A DNA stretch of 32,000 nucleotides, from NCBI RefSeq assembly GCF_036323395.1, contig NZ_AP028907.1:2070001-2102000 (forward strand). Direction: 5' to 3'. Source of the stretch: Pyrodictium abyssi (GTDB lineage: Archaea > Thermoproteota > Thermoprotei_A > Sulfolobales > Pyrodictiaceae). The notes under the pieces are model-generated. The model was given only the letters and a program-made list of their open reading frames with translations. It was not told the DNA's origin and searched no databases. The translations under genes were made by a program, and so were the position numbers. Shown here in pieces: positions 18,681-26,975 of this stretch; within the stretch, counting starts at the first letter, position 1, and each line of letters starts with the position of its first letter.

Positions 18681-18715
18681 CGTTGCCTTCCGCATTTTGG
18701 AGTTATACGGAAAAC

Positions 18716-18725
18716 GTTTTAATAG
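18716..18725 (+). promoter_or_regulatory. TATA box for ilvB
   Basis: Plus-strand GTTTTAATAG with A-rich GGAAAAC upstream. Confidence 0.6.
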
Positions 18726-18763
18726 GGGAAGCCGGTGGGCAGGCCTACCCGACGCCCTTCTAG

Positions 18764-18782
18764 GCCGCTAGGCGGCTCCGCC
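18764..18782 (+). promoter_or_regulatory. mutually exclusive hairpins in ilvB leader
   Basis: GCCGC(18764-68)-TAG-GCGGC(18772-76) versus GGCG(18771-74)-GCTC-CGCC(18779-82). Confidence 0.35.
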
Positions 18783-18800
18783 AGACCGGAGGTGGTCTCG

Positions 18801-18821
18801 ATGTCAAACGTCCCCATGTAG
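18801..18821 (+). other. leader mini-ORF 1, MSNVPM*
   Basis: GGAGGTGGTC (18788-18797), then ATG TCA AAC GTC CCC ATG TAG. Confidence 0.5.
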
Positions 18822-18836
18822 CTGGAGGTGGTCCAG

Positions 18837-18854
18837 ATGTCAAACATTATGTGA
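18837..18854 (+). other. leader mini-ORF 2, MSNIM*, stop overlaps ilvB start
   Basis: GGAGGTGGTC (18824-18833), then ATG TCA AAC ATT ATG TGA; ilvB GTG is 18851-18853. Confidence 0.5.
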
Positions 18855-20629
18855 GGGGTGCAGTCGAAAATGGAACTCGCGTGGTAGACCACATAGCCCG
18901 TGTTCTAAAAGACCTGGGCGCCACCCAGGTCTTCGGGGTAACCGGCGGCAGCATAATGGGGCTCTTCGACGCGCTAGCGCTCGAGGACTTCGAGATCTAC
19001 ATGTTCCGCCATGAGCAGGGAGCGGCGCACGCAGCCGACGCCTACGGCAGGATAGCCCGCAGGCCGGGAATAGCACTAGCAACAAGCGGCCCAGGCGCCA
19101 CGAACCTTGTAACCGGCATAGCTAACGCCTACTTCGACTCCGCGCCCATGCTGGCTATCACCGGGCAGGTACCGACAAGCGTCTTCGGCCGCGACGCCTT
19201 CCAGGAGACAGACATCGTGGGCGTAACGGCGCCGATAACCAAGTTCGCCTACCAGGTGAAGAGGCCAGAAGAAGCCGGCCCGGCCATAAGAACGGCGTAC
19301 AGGCTCGCGGTCGAGGGGAGGCCTGGCCCCACTCTCATCGACCTACCCAGAGACGTGCAGCTAGTACGCTACGAGCCAGTGGACGAGCCCGAGTATCTCC
19401 CAATAGACTTCGCCAAGTATCAGCCGCCGAAGCCCGACCCGGAGGCTGTTGCTAGCGCTGCACGCCTACTACTCGCGGCGGCAAGGCCCGTAATCCTGGT
19501 CGGTGCTGGTGTATACTGGTCCGGGGCTACAGCCGAGGTCATAGAGCTCGCTGAGCGGCTACAGGCGCCCATAGTGACAACACTCCCCGGCAAGAATGCT
19601 GTCCCTGCAGACCACCCCCTAGTGCTAGGCCCAGCTGGGATGCACGGCCGTGCAGAAGCGGACGCTGCTCTCGCTAACGCCGACGTAGTGCTCGCTGTAG
19701 GCACTAGGTTCTCCGACCGTACCGTTGGCAGGTTTGGGCCAGAGCTACGCGAGAAGAAGATAATCCACATAGACATCGACCCCAGTGAGCACGGCAAGAA
19801 CGTGCCACCAGCTGTGAGCATTGTGGCTGATGCGCGGGAGGCGCTCCAGGCAATACTCCGCGAGATGAAGGTGGTGCCTAAGCGCGACGGGAGGTTCATC
19901 GAGTGGCTGCTCTGGATACGCCGCCGCTACGAGGACGCTATGGAGAAGCTAGCGGCCCGGATGAGGAAGTTCGCGCCCTGGAAGGTGTTGAAGACGCTCA
20001 GGCAGGCAGTGCCGCGCAATACGATAACCGTCACTGGTGTGGGCAGCCACCAGATGTGGTCAGAGATACACTGGGACGTATACGTGCCCGGCACCTGGGT
20101 GACGAGCGCAGGCCTAGGCACGATGGGGTTCTGTGTCCCGGCAGCGCTCGGCGCCAAGATAGCTGCGAGGGACCGCCCAGTACTCTGCATCGATGGCGAC
20201 GGGAGCTTCCAGATGACTATGAATAACCTGGCCCTCGTGAGGGACTACGACCTACCCATAATAGTGACAGTATTCGACAACCGTGCGCTCATGCTGGTAA
20301 AGCAGTGGCAGATATTCCTCTACGACCGGAGGATAGTAGCTACCGAGTACAGCAAGTGGCCCGACTTCACGAAGATAGCTGAGGCCTACGGGATAGAGGC
20401 GATACGCCCAGCAAGCCTAGAGGAGATCAACGCAGCAGTACGCCGCGCTATCCGGAACAATGAGCCCCTCATAGTAGTGGTGGACATAGACAACAACGAG
20501 GACATAGTGCTGCCATGGGTGAAGCCCGGCGACTGGCTGACAGACGCGATACTGCCGCCCGGGATGGAGGATGTCAGCCTCGTTTTCCGCGAGGAGAAGC
20601 TAACAGCTGCCCCCGCAGCTGGGAGGTGA
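18851..20629 (+). CDS. ilvB: acetolactate synthase large subunit (ThDP-dependent)
   Basis: FRHEQGAAHAADAYGRIARRPGIALATSGPGATNLVTGIANAYFDSAPMLAITGQV; GDGSFQMTMNNLALV; paired with an ACT-domain small subunit. Confidence 0.94.
   Translation: MRGAVENGTRVVDHIARVLKDLGATQVFGVTGGSIMGLFDALALEDFEIYMFRHEQGAAHAADAYGRIARRPGIALATSGPGATNLVTGIANAYFDSAPMLAITGQVPTSVFGRDAFQETDIVGVTAPITKFAYQVKRPEEAGPAIRTAYRLAVEGRPGPTLIDLPRDVQLVRYEPVDEPEYLPIDFAKYQPPKPDPEAVASAARLLLAAARPVILVGAGVYWSGATAEVIELAERLQAPIVTTLPGKNAVPADHPLVLGPAGMHGRAEADAALANADVVLAVGTRFSDRTVGRFGPELREKKIIHIDIDPSEHGKNVPPAVSIVADAREALQAILREMKVVPKRDGRFIEWLLWIRRRYEDAMEKLAARMRKFAPWKVLKTLRQAVPRNTITVTGVGSHQMWSEIHWDVYVPGTWVTSAGLGTMGFCVPAALGAKIAARDRPVLCIDGDGSFQMTMNNLALVRDYDLPIIVTVFDNRALMLVKQWQIFLYDRRIVATEYSKWPDFTKIAEAYGIEAIRPASLEEINAAVRRAIRNNEPLIVVVDIDNNEDIVLPWVKPGDWLTDAILPPGMEDVSLVFREEKLTAAPAAGR
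18857..18880 (+). repeat. 24-nt element GGTGCAGTCGAAAATGGAACTCGC, ilvB copy
   Basis: Identical to the minus-strand copy at 18581-18604; here in frame at ilvB codons 3-10 (GAVENGTR). Confidence 0.97.
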
Positions 20630-20635
20630 TAGCTC

Positions 20636-20887
20636 GTGGCCAGCCAGTGCACCGGGATATACGTGATAGAGGTATCCGCGTTCAACGGGATGGACGCCGT
20701 AATGAGGCTAAGCAATATGGCGCGCCGAGCTAAGCTAGAGTACCGCAACATATCCGCCAGCTTCGATGGCAGAGTGGTCCGGCTGAGAATAGAAGCGGCT
20801 GGCGAGGAGAAGGAGGTACACTGGCTAGCAGCCAAGATGGAGAGGATGCCCGAGGTCTACGCGGTAGCAGCCAAGAGGCTATCGTGA
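20636..20887 (+). CDS. ilvN: acetolactate synthase regulatory subunit, single ACT-domain size
   Basis: 83 aa, IYVIEVSAFNGMDAVMRLSNMARRAKLEYRNISAS; GTG preceded by GGGAGGTGAT; directly downstream of ilvB. Confidence 0.75.
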   Translation: MASQCTGIYVIEVSAFNGMDAVMRLSNMARRAKLEYRNISASFDGRVVRLRIEAAGEEKEVHWLAAKMERMPEVYAVAAKRLS

Positions 20888-20891
20888 AGAG

Positions 20892-20930
20892 CCCCCGGGG
20901 CTGGGTGGCGCCGCGCCCCTTCCCCGGGGC
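20892..20930 (+). promoter_or_regulatory. GC-rich inverted repeat between ilvN and ilvC
   Basis: CCCCGGGG (20893-20900) ... CCCCGGGG (20922-20929); followed by a TATA-like ACTTATACC near 20986-20994. Confidence 0.4.
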
Positions 20931-21016
20931 CACTACTTTCTTGAGTGCAAGGCCTCTCTCCCCACAAACCTACAGCTATATGGATACTTATACCATATGT
21001 CTATGGTATTGTGAGT

Positions 21017-21042
21017 CGAGGTGGGAAGCCTCGGATACGAGG
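21017..21042 (+). promoter_or_regulatory. three-arm alternative hairpin in ilvC leader
   Basis: CGAGG(21017-21)-TGGGAAG-CCTCG(21029-33)-GATA-CGAGG(21038-42). Confidence 0.4.
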
Positions 21043-21061
21043 AGTCGGGGGTGGAGACACC

Positions 21062-22045
21062 GTGGCGAGGATATACACAGACCAGGATGCTAGCCTAGAT
21101 CCGCTCCGTGACAAGACCATAGCGGTAATAGGCTACGGTAGCCAGGGCCGTGCCCAGGCCCTCAACCTCCGCGATAGCGGGCTAGACGTCATAATAGGGC
21201 TTAGGCCGGGGAAGAGCTGGGAGCTCGCCGAGAAAGAGGGGTTCAAGGTATACCGGGTGGACGAGGCGGTCAAACGGGCGGACGTAGTAATGATGCTCAT
21301 ACCCGACATGGTCCAGCCCGAGGTCTGGAAGAACCAGGTGGAGCCACACCTACGCGAGGGCATGACGGTGGACTTCGCCCACGGCTTCACGGTGCACTAC
21401 GGCCTAATCAAGCCGCCCGAGTACGTGGACGTCGTCATGGTGGCGCCTAAGAGCCCTGGCGCTAAGGTCCGTGAGGAGTTTGTCGCGGGCCGCGGCGTAC
21501 CAGCCCTCGTAGCAGTATACCAGGACTATACCAGCCGTGCCCTGGAGACCGCTCTCGCCATAGCTAAGGGCATTGGGGCGACGCGGGCGGGCGTCATAGA
21601 GACCACTTTCAAGGAGGAGACAGAGACGGACCTCATAGGCGAACAGACGGTGCTCGTCGGCGGGCTCATGGAGCTGATAAAGAAGGGCTTCGAGACACTC
21701 GTGGAGCTGGGCTACCAGCCCGAGGTAGCGTACTTCGAGGTACTCAACGAGGCCAAGCTGATAATGGACCTCATATGGAGGTACGGTATCACGGGCATGC
21801 TGGAAAGGGTCTCCGTCACGGCTCGCTACGGCGGCCTGACAGTAGGGCCGAAGATCATAGACGACAGGGTCAAGGAGAACATGAAGAAGGCTGCTGAGCG
21901 GGTACGCAGCGGCGAGTTCGCCAAGGAGTGGGTGGAGGAGTACAGGAAGGGGATGCCGAGGCTTCAGAAGCTCCTCGAGGAGACGCGGAGCCACGAGATA
22001 GAGCGCGTGGGCAAGGAGATGCGCCGCCTCCTCTTCGGTGGCTAG
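21062..22045 (+). CDS. ilvC: ketol-acid reductoisomerase
   Basis: [50 protein letters not shown] 21062 preceded by GGGGGTGG; in-frame GTG 21011 is an alternative start. Confidence 0.93.
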   Translation: MARIYTDQDASLDPLRDKTIAVIGYGSQGRAQALNLRDSGLDVIIGLRPGKSWELAEKEGFKVYRVDEAVKRADVVMMLIPDMVQPEVWKNQVEPHLREGMTVDFAHGFTVHYGLIKPPEYVDVVMVAPKSPGAKVREEFVAGRGVPALVAVYQDYTSRALETALAIAKGIGATRAGVIETTFKEETETDLIGEQTVLVGGLMELIKKGFETLVELGYQPEVAYFEVLNEAKLIMDLIWRYGITGMLERVSVTARYGGLTVGPKIIDDRVKENMKKAAERVRSGEFAKEWVEEYRKGMPRLQKLLEETRSHEIERVGKEMRRLLFGG

Positions 22046-22048
22046 GCC

Positions 22049-23782
22049 TTGGCTCCCCCTGCTCTCCGTAGTAGAGAGGTACGGGAGGGTCTACACAGGG
22101 CACCGCACCGCAGCCTCCTCCTAGCAGCGGGCCTCGACGAGAGCGACGTCTACGACACGAGCAAGCCGCTGATAGGCATCGTGCACACGTTTTCCACTAT
22201 TGTCCCCGGCCACCTCCTCCTAGACAAGCTCGCAGCAGCCGTCGCCGAGGGCGTACGCGAGGCTGGCGGCGTCCCAGTCTACGCCGGCGCTGTCTCGGTG
22301 GACGACGGCATAGCGATGGGCCACGAGGGCATGAGGTTCAGCCTCGTAGCCAGAGAGAACGTGGCTGACGCCATCGAGATATTCGCCGAGGCCCACCGGC
22401 TAGACGGAGTCGTCGTGGTGACAGCCTGCGACAAGATGATGCCGGGCGCCCTCCTCGCGGCCGCGAGGCTCCGGGACGAGATACCAGTCTACATAGTGAA
22501 TGGCGGCCCCATGCTGGCTGGCCGGAGGCCGGGCGGCAGCTGCTGCCTAGCAGTAGGCCACGTCTTCGAGGCGGTGGGCGCCTACCGCGCGGGCCGGATA
22601 GGCGACGAGGAGTTCCGCGAGATAGAGAGACGCGCCCTCCCGACGCCGGGGAGCTGCGCGGCCATGTACACGGCGAACACCATGGCGGTGGCGGCTGAGG
22701 CGCTCGGCTTCATACTCCCGGGCGCGGCTGCTGTCCCCGCGGTCTACTCCCAGAGGATACACGTCGCGAGGGAGACTGGGAGGCTAGTAGTCCGGGCGGT
22801 TAAGCGGGGCTGGACAGCCTCGATGTTCCTGACCCGGGGCTCCCTGTTCAACGCGCTCGCCGTCGACGCGGCTGCGGGCGGCTCAACGAATACGCTGCTC
22901 CACCTCGCAGCCCTGGCGGCCGAGGCCGGGATAGACCTAGACCTGGACGCCGCGGAGGAGCTGTTTGCCCGGACACCCTGGCTCGCGGACCTGGAGCCCG
23001 GCGGCCGCTACTTCATGGAGCACTTCTACGAGGCCGGGGGAGTACCAGCCCTGGCACGAGAGCTGGCAAAGCTAGGCGTCTTCGACCCGAGCCTCCCTGC
23101 CGCGACGGGTGAGCCCTGGAGCCGGGTGTTCGAGAAGAAGCTCCCACCTGCGCCGCTAGGCCCGGCTATCAGGAGGCACGACCAGCCCCTGCAGCAGCGT
23201 AGCCCGCTCCGCATCCTCCGCGGCAGCCTAGCACCCCGCGGTGCAGTGCTCAAGGCGGTGCGCATCGCCAGGAGCCGGATAGAGGGCCCCGCCAAGGTCT
23301 ACAACAGCGAGGAGGAGGCGATAGAGGCGCTCGAGGCGGGCGAGATAAGGGCCGGTGACGTGGTCATAGTCCGCTACGAGGGCCCCGCCGGCGGCCCCGG
23401 TATGAGGGAGATGCTCCAGCTGACATCGATGCTCTACGGTATGGGCCTCGGCGACCGCGTAGCCCTGGTCACCGACGGCAGGTTCAGCGGCGCTACCCGG
23501 GGGCTCATGGTGGGCCACGTCTCGCCAGAAGCCATAGCCGGCGGGCCGATAGCGCTCGTCGAGCCCGGTGACACCGTGGTGGTGGATGCCGAGAGGGGCC
23601 GGCTAGACCTCAAGGTGGACCCTGGCGAGCTAGAGGAGCGCCGGAAGCGCTGGAGGATACCAGAGACCGTGGCGGAGAGGCACCGCCGGATAGCCGGCAG
23701 GGGCGGGGTACTATACGCCTACAGCCTCCTAGCCTGCAGCGCTGACATGGGGGGTGCACGGCGGTGCCCCAGGGCAGGGTAG
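22049..23782 (+). CDS. ilvD: dihydroxy-acid dehydratase-family enzyme
   Basis: [83 protein letters not shown]. Confidence 0.9.
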   Translation: MAPPALRSREVREGLHRAPHRSLLLAAGLDESDVYDTSKPLIGIVHTFSTIVPGHLLLDKLAAAVAEGVREAGGVPVYAGAVSVDDGIAMGHEGMRFSLVARENVADAIEIFAEAHRLDGVVVVTACDKMMPGALLAAARLRDEIPVYIVNGGPMLAGRRPGGSCCLAVGHVFEAVGAYRAGRIGDEEFREIERRALPTPGSCAAMYTANTMAVAAEALGFILPGAAAVPAVYSQRIHVARETGRLVVRAVKRGWTASMFLTRGSLFNALAVDAAAGGSTNTLLHLAALAAEAGIDLDLDAAEELFARTPWLADLEPGGRYFMEHFYEAGGVPALARELAKLGVFDPSLPAATGEPWSRVFEKKLPPAPLGPAIRRHDQPLQQRSPLRILRGSLAPRGAVLKAVRIARSRIEGPAKVYNSEEEAIEALEAGEIRAGDVVIVRYEGPAGGPGMREMLQLTSMLYGMGLGDRVALVTDGRFSGATRGLMVGHVSPEAIAGGPIALVEPGDTVVVDAERGRLDLKVDPGELEERRKRWRIPETVAERHRRIAGRGGVLYAYSLLACSADMGGARRCPRAG

Positions 23783-24297
23783 TGGGCCGCGCTCTCATCG
23801 TGGGCGACAACATAGACACTGACACGATCATACCGGCGAGGTACCTGCATAGCACAGACCCGGGAGAGCTAGCCCAGCACGTCTTCGAAGACGCGCCCGA
23901 GATACGCCGGAGGCTAGACGCGCTAGAGAAGCCAGTAGTCATAGTAGCGGGCCGGGGCTTCGGCTACGGGAGCAGCCGCGAGCACGCAGTACTAGCCCTC
24001 AGGGCGGCCGGCGTAGCCGCGGTGGCGGCCGAGAGCTTCCACAGGATATTCTACAGGAACGCCATAAACAACGGCCTAGTAGTCCTCGAGGCGCCGGGGC
24101 TCCGTAGCCGGGTCAGGGACGGCAGCCTCGTGGAGATAGACCTGTCCACCGGCGAGATACGTGTGGACGGCGAGATGGTCGCGAGGGCCCGGCCGATGCC
24201 GGGGATGCTGCTAGAGCTGCTGAGAGCGGGTGGGCTAAAGGAAAAGCTCCGGGAGCTAGCCAGCGCGGCTACCCGCGGCTCCCCCGAAGCCCCCTAA
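23764..24297 (+). CDS. leuD: 3-isopropylmalate dehydratase small subunit
   Basis: [58 protein letters not shown]. Confidence 0.93.
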   Translation: MPQGRVVGRALIVGDNIDTDTIIPARYLHSTDPGELAQHVFEDAPEIRRRLDALEKPVVIVAGRGFGYGSSREHAVLALRAAGVAAVAAESFHRIFYRNAINNGLVVLEAPGLRSRVRDGSLVEIDLSTGEIRVDGEMVARARPMPGMLLELLRAGGLKEKLRELASAATRGSPEAP

Positions 24298-25645
24298 TGG
24301 CTTTCTCAACGTCCTCGGGAAGCGGCGCTACCAGGCCGGCCTCTCGTAGCGCCTTCATCTTCTCTAGCGTCGAGCGTATTATCCTGGTGGCTCTCTCCAG
24401 CTCCTCCTCGTAGCTGAGCTTGAGCCGTGCTAGCCCCTGCTCCACGGCCTTGGCTGCTGTCGCGGCAGCTACCCTGGGGAAGACCTCCCACTCCTCCATG
24501 GTGGGGATTATGTAGTCCTCGCGTAGCCCCCGCTCCTCAGCGTACCTGGCCAGCTCCTCCGCTGCCGCTATCGCCATCTCGTCGGTGATGGTGCGGGCTC
24601 TTACGTCGAGTACACCCCTGAATATAGGCGGGAACGCGAGGCTGTTATTCACCTGGTTGGGGAAGTCGCTCCTCCCCGTGGCCACTATCCTGGCTCCTGC
24701 CTCGCGGGCCTCCCAGGGCCATATCTCGGGCACAGGGTTGGCCTCTGCGAAGACTATAGGGTCGCGGTTCATCCTCCTTATCCACTCCTTCTTTATGACG
24801 CCTGGCCCCGGCTTCGACGCGGCGACAACAGCGTCTGCCCCCTCGAGGGCCTCTGCTATACCGCCGTCCCGTAGCCCGTTCCAGCCGCCGTCGGTCTCCA
24901 CTGCTATCCGGTACTTCCACGGATTAGACTCTCGTAGCTTTTCCACGTCCGGTCTCTCGCCGTGGAGTACGCCCCGGGAGTCCACGGCCACGATGTTCTC
25001 GGCGGGGACGCCGTAGGCGCGTAGGAGCCTGTAGAGCGCCACGTTGGCGGCACCGACGCCTATTATGGCTATCCGCATCTCCTGGAGCCTCCTCCCCGTC
25101 AGCTTGGCGGCGTTTATCAGCCCTGCGAGCGTGACCGTGGCGGTGCCCTGCTGGTCGTCGTGCCAGACGGGTATCTCGAGCCGGCGGCGGGCCTCGTCCA
25201 GGATGTAGAAGCACTTAGGGCTCTCTATGTCCTCAAGGTTTATCCCGCCGAAGCTGGGCTCTATGAGCTCTAGGAGCTCCAGGAACTTCTCGGGGTCCCG
25301 GGCCCTGTGCACTAGGGGGACGGCGTCCACGCCGCCGAGCGCCTTGAAGAGCAGCGCCTTACCCTCCATGACTGGGAGGGCGCCCTCCGGTCCGATGTCG
25401 CCTAGGCCGAGGACGCGGGTGCCATCGCTGACCACGGCTATCGCGTTCCAGCGCCACGTGTTGTGGAAGCTCTGCTCGGGGTCCTCAGCGTTCTCCCGGG
25501 CCGGGCCAGCGACGCCCGGCGTATACCATATGGCGTAGTCCTCCTGCCTGCCAGCGGGGACCTTGGGGATTACCTCTATCTTGCCCTCGTAGAGCCGGTG
25601 TAGCCTACGGGAGATAGTGTACCAGTCTATCTTCTCGCCGCTCAA
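24269..25645 (-). CDS. NAD(P)-dependent malic enzyme
   Basis: YTPGVAGPARENAEDPEQSF, FGGINLEDIESPKCFYILDEARRRLEIPVWHDDQQGTATV, FANPVPEIWPWEAREAGARIVATGRSDFPNQVNN. Confidence 0.93.
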   Translation of the reverse strand: MSGEKIDWYTISRRLHRLYEGKIEVIPKVPAGRQEDYAIWYTPGVAGPARENAEDPEQSFHNTWRWNAIAVVSDGTRVLGLGDIGPEGALPVMEGKALLFKALGGVDAVPLVHRARDPEKFLELLELIEPSFGGINLEDIESPKCFYILDEARRRLEIPVWHDDQQGTATVTLAGLINAAKLTGRRLQEMRIAIIGVGAANVALYRLLRAYGVPAENIVAVDSRGVLHGERPDVEKLRESNPWKYRIAVETDGGWNGLRDGGIAEALEGADAVVAASKPGPGVIKKEWIRRMNRDPIVFAEANPVPEIWPWEAREAGARIVATGRSDFPNQVNNSLAFPPIFRGVLDVRARTITDEMAIAAAEELARYAEERGLREDYIIPTMEEWEVFPRVAAATAAKAVEQGLARLKLSYEEELERATRIIRSTLEKMKALREAGLVAPLPEDVEKAIRGLRGSRG

Positions 25646-25792
25646 ACCCCATCATGCCGAGGGCTAAGCAGAGGGATGAGCGGCGGGCAATAAGCCTCGC
25701 CGCCCCGATACCGGGCCCCGGCGCTGGGCACAGTCCGGGGAGCAGGGGTCGTAGGAGCACCCGATCCCTGGCGGCTCCGGTGCGGCCAGGGG

Positions 25793-26836
25793 CTAGCTGG
25801 GCCCCTCGAGGGGCCTATAGCCGGGGCTATTCTCTATGAGGGCTCTGAGCCAGTCCGAGCCGAGGAGCTCTGCGAGCGCCTTGACGGGGTTGCTGCTGGC
25901 CCTCTCCCTGGGTGAGTAGCACTCGTACCGCTCCCAGGCTACGTGTAGGTAGGGGAGCCCGTGGCTCTCGGCTACGTAGCGGAGGACTAGGGCAGCGTCG
26001 GCCCGGCCTAGCGCTACCTGCCGGGCGGCCTCCGTATGGGTGTAGGCTATGTTGTCGTAGCCCCGGACCATGGGCTTCTCGAGGCCTAGCTTCCTCGCTG
26101 TCTCCTGGAGCAGGTGGTCGAGTAGCACCCTGGTGCCGGAGCCGCGGTTCCGGTTGACTATCCGTAGCCTCCCCCGGGCTATCATCTCGAGGACCTCGTC
26201 TGGCCCAGCGGTGTCTAGGCCCGGGCGTAGGGCTAGGACTAGCTGGCGTTGGAACCCGCCGAGCAGCACTGCGTCACCGAGCCAGTACCTCTCCAGGTAC
26301 GGGCGGTTGTACTCCCCGGTCTCGGGGTCGTAGAGGTGTATACACGCAGCATCGGCCTCGCCTAGCGAGAGCATAGCAAGAGCGTGCCCGGAGCCCGCAC
26401 AGATGCTCTCAACGCGGAGGCCCTCCCCGCGGAGCCGGTCCAGGACGAGGCCCAGGAGCGGGTCATGGCTATGGGCCACCACTAGGTCGGGCTCCCCGGC
26501 CGCCACCACCCGGGGCGCTTGTGGGCCTATACAGCGCTCTAGCCGGTGCTCGGCCTCCTCGTAGAGGGCGAGCAGCTTCTCGGCGAGCGGTGTGAGACGG
26601 GCCCCGCCGCGGCGGGCCCCGCCCCTCCACGTCTCGACGAGCCTGGCTCCTAGGAGCCTCTCTGCCCGGCTCAGCTGGTCCCATGCCCGCGAGTAGGGTA
26701 TGCCGAGGGCCCGTGCCGCTGCGAGGAGCGAGCCGTGCTCCCGTACACCGCGTAGCAGGGAGGCCAGGGTAGCATCTAGCACCGGCTCGCCATCCTTCTC
26801 GATGACCACTGTGTACCTGGCAGTGTACTCCCCCAC
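25793..26836 (-). CDS. ModE-like HTH fused to periplasmic-binding-protein-like domain; probable tungstate/molybdate regulator
   Basis: LLRGVREHGSLLAAARALGIPYSRAWDQLSRAERLLGARLVE, then a PBP-like domain (NRGSGTRVLLDHLL...GRADAALVLRYVAE). Start GTG 26836 preceded by GGAGGAG; divergent from tupA. Confidence 0.85.
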   Translation of the reverse strand: MGEYTARYTVVIEKDGEPVLDATLASLLRGVREHGSLLAAARALGIPYSRAWDQLSRAERLLGARLVETWRGGARRGGARLTPLAEKLLALYEEAEHRLERCIGPQAPRVVAAGEPDLVVAHSHDPLLGLVLDRLRGEGLRVESICAGSGHALAMLSLGEADAACIHLYDPETGEYNRPYLERYWLGDAVLLGGFQRQLVLALRPGLDTAGPDEVLEMIARGRLRIVNRNRGSGTRVLLDHLLQETARKLGLEKPMVRGYDNIAYTHTEAARQVALGRADAALVLRYVAESHGLPYLHVAWERYECYSPRERASSNPVKALAELLGSDWLRALIENSPGYRPLEGPS

Positions 26837-26905
26837 ACTACTCTCCTCCGGGCCCTGCGCGTGCTGTATAGGGGCTCCCCGCCTCATTAGGGCTCTGCGC
26901 AGTTT

Positions 26906-26930
26906 CCCGTTACCGGGTAACGGGTAACGG
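26906..26930 (+). promoter_or_regulatory. palindromic operator with extra half-site upstream of tupA and the regulator
   Basis: CCCGTTACC-G-GGTAACGGG plus GGTAACGG (26923-26930); abuts TATA-like ATAAATTT (26931-26938). Confidence 0.75.
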
Positions 26931-26975
26931 ATAAATTTCGCTACCGTGAGGCTAACCGAGCCCGGTCGAGACGCG

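Noticed and set aside
24306-25214. Minus-strand ORFs 24306..24491 and 24924..25214
   Set aside because: Alternate frames of the malic enzyme gene with low-complexity Arg/Gly-rich translations.
25800-25815. Perfect 16-bp palindrome GGCCCCTCGAGGGGCC
   Set aside because: Lies inside the 3' coding end of the ModE-like gene with no loop or T-tract; in GC-rich coding DNA I cannot distinguish it from chance or call it a terminator.
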